A stretch of 64,000 bases of DNA. It comes from Candidatus Latescibacterota bacterium (GTDB lineage: Bacteria; Latescibacterota; UBA2968; GCA-2709665). The notes under the pieces are model-generated. The model had not been told where the DNA came from and ran no database searches. It saw only the letters and a program-made list of their open reading frames with translations. The DNA is taken from NCBI GenBank assembly GCA_965237675.1, contig OZ250150.1:64001-128000 (forward strand), written 5' to 3'. Position 1 is the stretch's first letter, and every line of letters starts with the position of its first letter. Positions 1 through 9,235 of this stretch are shown one piece after another. The translations under genes were made by a program, and so were the position numbers.

Positions 1-571
1 CCCTGCCCAGACCACAATGCGCCGCGGCCAGCCCGGGATCGAATTCAACCGCGCGTACAAATGCGGCCCGGGCGCTGTCCGCCGCACCTGCTTTCAGGTG
101 CGCCCGGCCGACCTGCTCGAGTGCCCGGGGCATATAGGTGTACGTCCAGGTATACGTGGAGTCGGCTCGCAGCGCCGCTTCCAGATGCGGCAGCGCCCCG
201 GCCGCGTCGCCCTCCAGTTCGAGGGCCACCCTGCCCAGGCCGCAATGCGCCGTGGCCAGTTTCGGGTCGAATCCGACCGCACGTTGAAACGCCGAGCGCG
301 CGTCGCGCGCCCACCCCACCCGCAGATAGAGCATACCGGCCCGGTTCAGCAGGAATCCGGCATGGTCCGAATGGTCGACCAGTGCGCTCTCCAACGCCTT
401 CGCCGCCGCCACCACCGTCGGCACGTCCCGGGCCTTCAGGCCTCGTGCGTACACGGCATCCAATTCGGACAGGGGCTTCCCGGCAGCCCCTGCTGTATCC
501 GGCCAGGGGCCGGCGACGATCAGCGCGCCGCCCAATAGAAGGCGCACAAGCAGCCGCTCTGGGTGCTTCAT
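1..571 (-). CDS. TPR-repeat protein with signal peptide (5' part; runs off the window start; absent from ORF track)
   Basis: Manual translation from ATG at 571: MKHPERLLVRLLLGGALIVAG... then ARSAFQRAVGFDPKLATAHCGLGR and ARAAFVRAVEFDPGLAAAHCGLGR TPR repeats; no stop before base 1. Confidence 0.8.
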   Translation of the reverse strand, partial: MKHPERLLVRLLLGGALIVAGPWPDTAGAAGKPLSELDAVYARGLKARDVPTVVAAAKALESALVDHSDHAGFLLNRAGMLYLRVGWARDARSAFQRAVGFDPKLATAHCGLGRVALELEGDAAGALPHLEAALRADSTYTWTYTYMPRALEQVGRAHLKAGAADSARAAFVRAVEFDPGLAAAHCGLGR

Positions 572-661
572 TTGCCCTCATATCCTTCCGTAAACAGATA
601 GGCGGCCCTGTCGCTCTCAGAAGCCGCCTAACGGGTTCCATCCAATTGCGCTTCCACGAAA

Positions 662-1636
662 TCAGAACGATCCTGTCACCGAGAACCGCAGGGTCGTACC
701 GTTGTCGGGAAATTTGTCGAACTTGACGAAGGCGAAGTCCGCCTGCACGTGGTGTATGCCCCGCTGCAGCCGTACCCCCGCCCCGGCTGTAAAGTCCTGA
801 GCGTCGTACCCCAGCTTGTACCCGGCCCGAAGCGCAACGATGTTCCGCAACCAGAGTTCGGCACCCGCGTGCACCCGCCGCTCGACGCTCACGCTGTAGA
901 GTGCTTCGAGCGCTCCGGTGAGCGAGACGTCCTCGCCGCGTTCTCCGTACACCTCCGCAGCCGTGGCCAGGCTGAAGAAGACGGGCATCTTGCCCTTGAT
1001 GGCCTCGTTGGTCAGGAGCACAAGGTCCTTTCCGAAGTTGCGCAACGACATGCCGATACGCAGGCTTCGGAAGCCAGTATGGTAGAAGGTCCCGACCGCC
1101 AGGTCGAAAACGCGGTAGTCGTAGCCCCTGTCGAGCTTTTCCTCGATCACCCGCGCCTGAAACCCCACGGAGAAACGCTCTGTAAACTGCTTGGCATAGA
1201 GTCCGCCCAAGGCCCAGCTTCCGGTGTCCAGAATCCGGCCCGTTCCCTCGGGATCGAATATGGTCGTCTCCTCGATATCGCCGGTGTTGAACGCAACCAG
1301 ACTCAGTGCCAGGGCGCCGTAATCGGTATTGACCCCTACCGCTACGGAGTTCAATTGGGAATCCAGGAGCCACTTCGTGTTGGTGAAGGCGAATTGAAAC
1401 CGGTTGCGCGCCATGGCCGTGAGCCCGGCCGGATTCCAGAACGCTGCATTGATGTCGTCTGCCACGGCCACGTAGGCGTCTCCCATCCCGGCGGCGCGTG
1501 CGCTTTGGGAGATCTCCAGGAAGGCGGCGTAGGTCTCGCCCACCGGGGTCTGGTTCGAGATTTCGGCCAACGCCGGGACGCCGAGAACGAGGACGCCGAA
1601 GAGCGCCGTAAATCCGATCTTATAAATGCGCCTCAT
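662..1636 (-). CDS. PorV/PorQ family outer-membrane beta-barrel protein
   Basis: Signal peptide, FLEISQSARAAGMGDAYVAVADDINAAFWNPAGL N-terminal motif, ALRAGY, C-terminal F; GGAGG RBS. Confidence 0.88.
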   Translation of the reverse strand: MRRIYKIGFTALFGVLVLGVPALAEISNQTPVGETYAAFLEISQSARAAGMGDAYVAVADDINAAFWNPAGLTAMARNRFQFAFTNTKWLLDSQLNSVAVGVNTDYGALALSLVAFNTGDIEETTIFDPEGTGRILDTGSWALGGLYAKQFTERFSVGFQARVIEEKLDRGYDYRVFDLAVGTFYHTGFRSLRIGMSLRNFGKDLVLLTNEAIKGKMPVFFSLATAAEVYGERGEDVSLTGALEALYSVSVERRVHAGAELWLRNIVALRAGYKLGYDAQDFTAGAGVRLQRGIHHVQADFAFVKFDKFPDNGTTLRFSVTGSF

Positions 1637-1646
1637 GGCGACCTCC

Positions 1647-4175
1647 TTAACGAATGATGACCAGCTTGGCGCCCTTCACCTGGCCCTCGGTCCCCGGCAA
1701 CAGGGACTCGACGGTGACAAAGTAGACGCCGAAGGTCAACTGCGTGATATGCGTTCTGTTGAACTGGAAGAAGGCTGCCTCACCCTCTGTCTGCGAATCG
1801 TGGTCCACCTCGCCCACCAGGTCGCCGGCCACGGAGAAGATCCTGATCTTCGCCTTCCTCGGAACGTTCAGGATGCGGATCTTGGTTGAGCCCTCGTAGG
1901 TGTGCGGCGCCAACGGGATGAAGGGATTCGGCACAATGAGGATGTCCTTTTCCAGTCGGTCCGCGCTTGCCGTGGGCACCTGCACCGGGCTGTCGGGCGC
2001 CGACCCCGAGGGGGGCAGATAGTAGGTGGAAACGTCTCCGATGCCCGACTCGTAGGCCCGGACGCCACCTTCCACCGTGGCGCCGGTTACGCGGCTGACG
2101 AATCCGGTGTTGCCGCTGCCCTGGTAGGAACGCACGGCGTAGTAGTACTGAAATCCGGCGAGCGATTCCGTATCCTCATACGCGTAGTCCTGCGCGCCTG
2201 TAGCCGACACGTCCTCGATGAGCTTCCAGATACCTGGCTGCGTCTCGGACTGGTACACCCGGTAACCCGCGACGTCGGACTGGCCGGTATCCGGATTGAT
2301 CGACTTCTCGGGATCGCCGCTCCAGGTGATGAGGTTTCGCGCGTTCTCCGAGGAAGTCACCATAGCGTCCACGTCGGGAGGCTGATTGGGCAGGTCGTAA
2401 CCCAGCGCGTAGGCCTCCTTGGCCTTATTCAGGTGATTGAGCAGGTTGGTGAACGCGGCCCCGTTTTCTTCCTTCTTGAGTTCGCTGCTGTCTCCCGACT
2501 TCTGGAAAGCCCGGAAATTCTCCGTAACGGGAGCCGCCGCGACGTAGGCGAACACGAACTTCACCTTCTGGCCAGGCGCCAGATCGTAGGGGCCGTAGGT
2601 TTCCATCGGGGTGTAGGCCGCGGCGATCCCATGCCGCCCCTCCCACTCCCACGTGGGGATCGGCATATATGGCATGGGGCCTACCGGGACGTCCGGAACC
2701 GGCAGCAGCGGCACGCCCAGGTTGGGGTTGCCAGACCCCCGGCTCGGACGCTCCAGAAGCGGCTGGTCGAAATACGACGGTTCCGGCGTACTGACGAGCA
2801 TCTGGTAAAGCGTTTCATGGTTCATCTCGTTCGGGTTCGGCTCGTCCGTAAGGAACCCGACGGCATCCGACGCACTGGACGGATATCGGTACAGAAAATG
2901 GAAGAAATTGTACGCGAATGGCTGTTCCGCCACCTTCGGCGCCTCGTAGACCTCAGGATCGCCCACGAACCCGTCCGTGGGATCCACGTCGATCGGGGCC
3001 TTGCCGATCCAGGCGGGGGACGTCAGGTCCCCAACTCCGATCAGGCTCGGGAAGGTGCACTGGGCGCACCTGTGTTCGGATCGATAGGGGTCTCCGATAT
3101 CGTCGGCCAGCGGCCCGGTAAGGCAGAAATTGTTCCAGTCGTACTGGTAGGTGAGCCTCAGACCTCGGGCAGAGGCCGGACCGTCGTAATTCGGTGCTTC
3201 GGTATACTTGATCTTGTCGTCCTGGGAATTGTCCAGGGGTCCGAAATTGCTGCTGCAACCGTCTCCCGTGCCGTAGTCGGAATAATAAGCCCTGTAGCTC
3301 GTCCGGGAGACGCCCGGGGAAGACGTCATGAAGCGGTGGTGGAACGAAAAATAGACGTTCGTGAGATTGTGCCCGCCGCCGGGAAGGTCGGCCGCCCGGT
3401 CGCCGTCGGTATCGCCGGTATTTTCGAACACCCACTCGGTGATCACGAAATCGTCGTAGTCCGGGTGGTTCCACGCAAAGGCCGCTTTTTCTCCGGTGAT
3501 GCCCAGCCCGGTGGTCCACTTGCTCAGAACAATGTCTTCCGGATAGTTGTCAGTGGAAACGTCGTTGTACTGGCCGATGCGGTAGTTCAGAATTTCCCTG
3601 GGTTCCAGCGCATCCAGTTCGACCCCGGTACCGGGCCACCAGTTGGCCATCGAACGCCCCGAATTAGGGCTGACCACGTCGTTGCCCAGCCCCGCGTACC
3701 GGCCCTTGAAGTCCACGCCGGGATCCACCGCCATCGCCACCACGTCTTCGCTTTCCTCCATCGCCGCGATGAGGGGATCGGCCCAACTCACCTCGGCCTG
3801 GCCGTTCACCTTCGTGGCGATCCACCACCCATGGCCGCGGCCGTTGTGCGACGTGAGGTCGACGTGCATGCTCCCGGCGCTGCGCTGATCCCCATAATAG
3901 GAGGAAAAGTCGTTCGTTCCGCCTCCTCCCCAACTGATCAGCGCGAACCCGGGATAGGCCAGATCCAGGTAGAGGCCGGCATAGTTCCCTTCCACCGGCC
4001 GAGCCCCTTCGGCGCCCGTGCTTAGAAAGCTGTGCCAGAGGGTGCCGCGCGCGAGGTGCCGGGGCGTCAGCGATTCACCGGCCGCGTTGGTGAAGGTCGC
4101 GCGCTGACCCTCGGCCGGAATCCAGAACACGCCTGCGATCAGGAGCGCGCCTGTGAACGAGTATATGCGTCTCAT
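1647..4175 (-). CDS. Secreted protein with FN3-like domain and T9SS type A-like C-terminal sorting domain
   Basis: Start reassigned to MRRIYSF (RBS ggggag, signal peptide); VAGYRVY...YYYAV FN3-like segment; C-terminus IVPNPF...KIRIFSVAGDLV...GVYFVTVE...KLVIIR. Confidence 0.82.
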   Translation of the reverse strand: MRRIYSFTGALLIAGVFWIPAEGQRATFTNAAGESLTPRHLARGTLWHSFLSTGAEGARPVEGNYAGLYLDLAYPGFALISWGGGGTNDFSSYYGDQRSAGSMHVDLTSHNGRGHGWWIATKVNGQAEVSWADPLIAAMEESEDVVAMAVDPGVDFKGRYAGLGNDVVSPNSGRSMANWWPGTGVELDALEPREILNYRIGQYNDVSTDNYPEDIVLSKWTTGLGITGEKAAFAWNHPDYDDFVITEWVFENTGDTDGDRAADLPGGGHNLTNVYFSFHHRFMTSSPGVSRTSYRAYYSDYGTGDGCSSNFGPLDNSQDDKIKYTEAPNYDGPASARGLRLTYQYDWNNFCLTGPLADDIGDPYRSEHRCAQCTFPSLIGVGDLTSPAWIGKAPIDVDPTDGFVGDPEVYEAPKVAEQPFAYNFFHFLYRYPSSASDAVGFLTDEPNPNEMNHETLYQMLVSTPEPSYFDQPLLERPSRGSGNPNLGVPLLPVPDVPVGPMPYMPIPTWEWEGRHGIAAAYTPMETYGPYDLAPGQKVKFVFAYVAAAPVTENFRAFQKSGDSSELKKEENGAAFTNLLNHLNKAKEAYALGYDLPNQPPDVDAMVTSSENARNLITWSGDPEKSINPDTGQSDVAGYRVYQSETQPGIWKLIEDVSATGAQDYAYEDTESLAGFQYYYAVRSYQGSGNTGFVSRVTGATVEGGVRAYESGIGDVSTYYLPPSGSAPDSPVQVPTASADRLEKDILIVPNPFIPLAPHTYEGSTKIRILNVPRKAKIRIFSVAGDLVGEVDHDSQTEGEAAFFQFNRTHITQLTFGVYFVTVESLLPGTEGQVKGAKLVIIR

Positions 4176-4236
4176 TGAATTTCTCCCCGCCAGTTTGTGC
4201 CGTGGCGGCCGCGCCGCCACGGCATCGTAGCCATCT

Positions 4237-7200
4237 CTAGAAGCCGATCCGCAACCCCATGTTCACGTACCGCGGCGTGCCGCCTCGTCTGAAGTTCGAG
4301 TCGCCGTACTTCAGATAGTTGGTGTCGTTCGGCGTGGGCTTCTTCAAACCCCATCGGACGTAATTGGAGCCGGAGGAGGGGTCATAGAAGGTGTTGAAGA
4401 GGTTGAATACCTCCACGTACATCGTGGGGGTGGTTGTACCAATCCGGAACGACTTCTGGAAGTTCAGGTCCGTCCGAACGAAAACCGGCCGGTTCCGCGC
4501 CGTCTGCACGCTCGTTCCCGGCAGGGTGATCTGGAACTGCTGGCCGTTGTCCAGCCGCCAGACAACGTTGGCCTGGATGCCGCCCAGGACCTTGGCGCCG
4601 CCAACGTCTCCGCCCGGCCCCCAGTCCATCGGCGTGGACCAGAGGAACTGGAACGAGGCATTGGTCGTGGGCGGCTGCCCGCGGAATGCGTCCACCTGGC
4701 GCCAGACGTCCGCGAACCAGAGGTTCTGCATGTCCTGCTTCTCGGATTCGCTGAGGCCGGGATATTCATACCAGGGACGTATCGCATCGATCCGGTTTGT
4801 TCCCCACGCCCCGACGAACGTCGTCCCCTCTTGTCGCTTTTTCCGGAGCACTTCGTTCGCCCTGTGGCCGATCGTCCGGATTTCGTCGTCGGTCAGACGA
4901 ACAATTTCGTCATTCGCATCGACCGTGAAGTATTTCGAACTGGCGATGTAGTTGGAGTCGGGGTACGTCCAGACCTGAAGCTGGGATCCACCCGACCAGT
5001 TGAAGAGCGCCCAACTCACGTCCAGCCCCACCCGGAAGGAGAAATTATGAGAAAAGGCCTTGGTAAACCCCATCTCGATTCCCTTGGTTTCGAGGCGGGC
5101 GTTCGGACCCCGGTGGCCCACGTAGGTAAGTGTCTGCACGGGGTCCTGGAAGCGGTGCACCCCGCCCGAACCTACCCGCTCGGTCCGTCGGTAGTAGGTG
5201 GACAGTTCCATGACGAAATCGCTGATGAAATTCCACTCGCCGGTGACCTCGAACTCGGCGGTATTCGGCAGTCCTCCCGGATCCTGGTAACCGCCGTCCA
5301 GTCGCCACTGCCCGCCACCGATCCAGTTCAGATCGAACCATACGTCGTCCAGTTCGGGGTGGTTCTCTGCGTCGGACGTCGCCCAGGGCTCCAGCCACAG
5401 GAGAGAAAAGTGCGGCGGCTTGTAGTACACGCCGTAGGAGTATCGCACGGTGGACCGGTCCGTGATCGGGTGGGACAGGCCGATCCGCGGCGACAGGCTG
5501 GTCATCGGCCGGGTTTGCGCCAGCGGCACCCGACCGGTACGCCAGGCCTTATAGGTTCTCCACCCCGGCAATGCCTTCATAAAGCCGGACAACGTCCGCT
5601 CGGGCCCGCCCCAGAAACTGTCGAAACGCAGGCCTGCGTGCACCACCAGGCCCTGGAACTCCAGCTTCTCGTCAACGTACGCCGCCAGCCGGTTCACCGT
5701 GTATCGCTTGCCGGGCTCGCTGTTCCCTGCCATGATCTTGATCGTGGCGTTGGTCGCGCTGGACCGGTTGTAGTCCCAGTTGAGGTTGTTCATGTTCTGA
5801 AAGACAAAACCGGCCTTGAACAGATTCCGCCGGGTGAGTTGCCCGGTGAAGTCGTAGCGGAAGTTGTACCGGCGGTTGTCTTCCACCACGATGCGCCGGC
5901 GGTCCCGGTCTAAATTGAACTGACCCAGTTTGTCCCGTCGCCAGGACGTTGTGGTGGAAGGTACGTCATCGCCCGGATCGGTCTTGGTACCATAGAAACC
6001 CACCTGGAATTCGTGGAACATTCTGGGATTGATACTCTGCGTGCCCGTCACATAGAAAATCCGGTTGACCCGGTTCTGCTGGTAACCCGTCGTGCCGTTG
6101 ATCAGGAAGAGGTTGCCCCCGACCGACCGGTTGGCGTCGCCGAAGAACGTCGGCTCGTTGGATTGGTTGAACCCTACTTTGACTTTGAGGTTGGGCGACG
6201 GGGTGAAGCTGATTTTTCCGAAGATGCTGTGTTGGCGCAGCCCCGTCAGCGTAGGCGCGGGCAGATTCTGTTTGGCGCGGCTGGTTTTCCCGCTCACCAC
6301 AAAGGTGGCGTTTTCGCCCAACGGCCCGGTGACCCATCCCTCCACGAGGTGACCGACTGAACTCTCGTAGTCCTGCTTGACATGGATCAACTGTCCGGTG
6401 TCAGGATCTTTCTCGTTCACCCATTCAGAATTATTCCACTGCAACTTGTCGCGCCAGTACCCGTTCGCCCCGCCTCGCTGCCCCGGCGTGGCGTCGTAAA
6501 CGTTGGATCCGCGGTGCCGCTTCCCGGGCATTTCCACCCGGAGGTCGACGCCGCCACGGTAGATCCGCGTGCCCTCCCTGCTGATGATGTTCACCACACC
6601 CGCGGGCGACGAGGCCTGCGAGGCGTCGGCCCCGCCTCTGACCAGCCCCATCTCCCCGACGGCCGTCACCGGCAGATTGTTGTACTGCCGGGGGGCCGTC
6701 TGCTGCGACGTGTCCAGGTTCATCAATTCAATGCCATCGAAGGTCCAGGTCTGCGCCGCGCGCATCGAATAATAGCTCATATGACGGATGCGCACGCCGT
6801 TGCCCGGGCTGTCGTTCACATTCGTTCCCACGGCGTACTGCAGGTGCTCCTTGACTCCCCTGATAATCGGGACCTGTGCAATTTCCTGCGAGGAGATCTT
6901 CGTCTCGCTGGAGGTCCGGTCCACCTCCACCAGGGGTCGCTCGGCCCTCACCACAATCTCGGCGGCCTCGAGCGCCGATTCCCGGAGCGTGAAATCGGAC
7001 ACGGTGGTCAGGCCCGCCGCCACCCGTGCCCGCTCCCGGACGACCGTCGCGTATCCAACCATCGATGCCTTCAGGGTATATAACCCGGGCTCGACGCCGA
7101 TAATGATGTAATACCCCTCGTTGTCGGACGTCGCTCCGAAGCGCGTCCCTTCGACCACCACGTTGGCTCCCGGCAAGGCACCGCCGTCCGCGTCGGTCAC

Positions 7201-7299
7201 CTGTCCGGTAATCTTTCCGTAGAAGGTCTGGGACCGCGCCGGCCCGACCAGCAGGCTTAGCACCGCGATTGTGCCCAAAACCACTAATTCACGCCTCAT
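4237..7299 (-). CDS. TonB-dependent receptor with N-terminal carboxypeptidase-regulatory-like domain
   Basis: GKITGQVTDADGGALPGANVVVEGT...GYYIII; plug AGVVNIISR; LSPRIG; EVFNLFN; ends PRYVNMGLRIGF. Confidence 0.9.
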   Translation of the reverse strand: MRRELVVLGTIAVLSLLVGPARSQTFYGKITGQVTDADGGALPGANVVVEGTRFGATSDNEGYYIIIGVEPGLYTLKASMVGYATVVRERARVAAGLTTVSDFTLRESALEAAEIVVRAERPLVEVDRTSSETKISSQEIAQVPIIRGVKEHLQYAVGTNVNDSPGNGVRIRHMSYYSMRAAQTWTFDGIELMNLDTSQQTAPRQYNNLPVTAVGEMGLVRGGADASQASSPAGVVNIISREGTRIYRGGVDLRVEMPGKRHRGSNVYDATPGQRGGANGYWRDKLQWNNSEWVNEKDPDTGQLIHVKQDYESSVGHLVEGWVTGPLGENATFVVSGKTSRAKQNLPAPTLTGLRQHSIFGKISFTPSPNLKVKVGFNQSNEPTFFGDANRSVGGNLFLINGTTGYQQNRVNRIFYVTGTQSINPRMFHEFQVGFYGTKTDPGDDVPSTTTSWRRDKLGQFNLDRDRRRIVVEDNRRYNFRYDFTGQLTRRNLFKAGFVFQNMNNLNWDYNRSSATNATIKIMAGNSEPGKRYTVNRLAAYVDEKLEFQGLVVHAGLRFDSFWGGPERTLSGFMKALPGWRTYKAWRTGRVPLAQTRPMTSLSPRIGLSHPITDRSTVRYSYGVYYKPPHFSLLWLEPWATSDAENHPELDDVWFDLNWIGGGQWRLDGGYQDPGGLPNTAEFEVTGEWNFISDFVMELSTYYRRTERVGSGGVHRFQDPVQTLTYVGHRGPNARLETKGIEMGFTKAFSHNFSFRVGLDVSWALFNWSGGSQLQVWTYPDSNYIASSKYFTVDANDEIVRLTDDEIRTIGHRANEVLRKKRQEGTTFVGAWGTNRIDAIRPWYEYPGLSESEKQDMQNLWFADVWRQVDAFRGQPPTTNASFQFLWSTPMDWGPGGDVGGAKVLGGIQANVVWRLDNGQQFQITLPGTSVQTARNRPVFVRTDLNFQKSFRIGTTTPTMYVEVFNLFNTFYDPSSGSNYVRWGLKKPTPNDTNYLKYGDSNFRRGGTPRYVNMGLRIGF

Positions 7300-7485
7300 A
7301 CGCCAACTCCTTTGCTGAAGAACCCATCGTCCATCCGGCCGATCAACGCCCGAAGCCGGGCATTGCCAGCGTCGGATATGCGAATGGAACGCTCAGTTTA
7401 ATTTAAGTTCTAACCGCCCCAATCCCTCGATCTGTGGTCCTATCCATAGGCAGTCCTCCACGTCGGCAAACGGGTCTGAGTTAAT

Positions 7486-8181
7486 TCATGCTCCCGCTCC
7501 AAAATCCCCGGCGAATTGAATAAAGTCCTCGAAATTGACCGCTCCATCACCGTTCAGGTCGAAAATCGGATTGAAATCGGCATCGCCCTGGCTCCTGCCG
7601 AATGCCGCCGCGAAGTTTGAGAAGTCCGCCAAGTCGACCTTCCCGTCTTCGTTGAAGTCCGACCGGTGGCGCGGCTCAGTGCCAGCGCCCCCGGGTGACT
7701 GCACAGGAACGCTGCTGAAAAGCCCCGGATTGCTGAGCGACAACCGCCGGCCCGGCGCAGGATCGCCAGGAAGCCAGTTGCCCGCCGGATCGCCAAGTTC
7801 GTTTCCGTTCGTGAATCCGTCCCGGTCCGAGTCTAGCTTCGCCAGGCTTGGCCCCCACATTACGTTTCCGGAATATCCGGCCTCGGACAGAAACCTCTTC
7901 TTTATCGTAACGCCGAAGGCATTAAGCGGACCGCCCCCGCCCGTGTAGGTGTGACAGCTGGCACAGATGGCGTCCCCTTCGTTAGCGGCTTCATGCGTCG
8001 TCTCGGAAAGCGGAATATCGAGCCGGGTCGTTGTTCTGCCCCGGTCGACGTGGCAGGTGCGGCATTGCGCGGCGCTGGCGTTGGGAACCTGAAAGACCCG
8101 TTTCGGCCGCGCCTCGCCCTCCCTGCCCCAACCAGCCGCGAAAACGATGAGAAAAATAAACGATCCGGCCCGTGTGTTCAT
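7486..8181 (-). CDS. Secreted protein with two CxxCH motifs, temptin-like segment and C-terminal dockerin/EF-hand-like module
   Basis: CRTCH and CASCH; GGGGPLNAFG...LDSDRDGFTNGNELGDP; DFNEDGKVDLADF...DLNGDGAVNFEDF. Confidence 0.7.
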   Translation of the reverse strand: MNTRAGSFIFLIVFAAGWGREGEARPKRVFQVPNASAAQCRTCHVDRGRTTTRLDIPLSETTHEAANEGDAICASCHTYTGGGGPLNAFGVTIKKRFLSEAGYSGNVMWGPSLAKLDSDRDGFTNGNELGDPAGNWLPGDPAPGRRLSLSNPGLFSSVPVQSPGGAGTEPRHRSDFNEDGKVDLADFSNFAAAFGRSQGDADFNPIFDLNGDGAVNFEDFIQFAGDFGAGA

Positions 8182-8919
8182 TTATCGCATGAAATACTTG
8201 ATTCCGACCATGAGGTTGAAACTGAAAATCGGAAACGTCTTCTTCAGGTCCCAGTCCTCGTAGGGCCTGAGTTCGCCCATCGATACGTTCCACCGGATCC
8301 GAAAATCCACCAGGAATCGATCGGACGTGCGGCGGTAGAAGCCCAACCCGGTGTTGATCGACAGCGCCACGTCTTCGTCAACCGTGGTCTCCTCCATGTT
8401 CTGTGAATCCGTCCGGATCTGCTCACCCACCTGTCCGGGCCAGATCAGGCCCGACACCTCGTGGGTATACTTGAGAAAGCCGATACCGGCCGCGATGTAG
8501 GGAACACTGCGGCCGACCTCGTCCGGCTGGAACGTCCGGAGACCGTTGACCACGATGCCTCCGATCCACATACTGGCCTCGGCGCCCGGGCTCTTTACCG
8601 AGGAACCGTTTGCCGCGCCCAGGCCGTTGTGCCAGGTGAACGATCGGCCGGACAATCCGGCGTCAGCAAGAGGCGAGTACGTCACTTCGACTTCCGTCAT
8701 CGTTCTGTCGGATACCTTATACGTCAACTGCCCGACGAACGCCGGCGAGATATTGTACCAGCCCTTGAGCGGCCCCGCCGGGCGCAGCATCGACCCGTGG
8801 ACGCCGAGCGCATAGCGCAACTCCTGCGCATGCGAGACGGACGTCGGGCCGAGTCCGAACAGAATAAACACGCCCAGGACCGATCCAAGCGCCAATCTGA
8901 GAATGCCGGTTGCTCTCAT
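8182..8919 (-). CDS. Outer-membrane beta-barrel (OmpA/OmpW-like 8-stranded) protein
   Basis: Start reassigned to MRATGILR (AGGAGG RBS); signal peptide; VPYIAAGIGF; C-terminal LMVGIKYF. Confidence 0.75.
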   Translation of the reverse strand: MRATGILRLALGSVLGVFILFGLGPTSVSHAQELRYALGVHGSMLRPAGPLKGWYNISPAFVGQLTYKVSDRTMTEVEVTYSPLADAGLSGRSFTWHNGLGAANGSSVKSPGAEASMWIGGIVVNGLRTFQPDEVGRSVPYIAAGIGFLKYTHEVSGLIWPGQVGEQIRTDSQNMEETTVDEDVALSINTGLGFYRRTSDRFLVDFRIRWNVSMGELRPYEDWDLKKTFPIFSFNLMVGIKYFMR

Positions 8920-9235
8920 AACAGCGGACCTCCTTTTCCGACTGCGGCCATGTGATGACCCGTCTGATGCGTCGTCACGACAGATCCTGTAACCGATAAA
9001 CCCCTTCAGGATTCCTTGCGGAACATCCCGAAAGTATTCTATTATTTCAGTGAATATAAGATCAGTTAAAGCAAGAAGCAAACAAAAAATCGACCGATCA
9101 TGGAGTTTATCGTCGTGGGCTGACAGACCTCGAAGGTTGGCTGTTTTTTTGTTGCGTCGTTTCGGAGTCCGGAAGTATCTTTCGCGAGGATCCAGACAGG
9201 CCCGATGTCATGAATCGCAGGAAAGGACGGATCTG

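Noticed and set aside
45-1373. 442-aa minus-strand ORF and many other long overlapping ORFs (e.g. 1902-4025, 11009-12334, 16162-17769)
   Set aside because: Arg/Pro/Gly-rich shadow frames of well-supported genes in high-GC DNA
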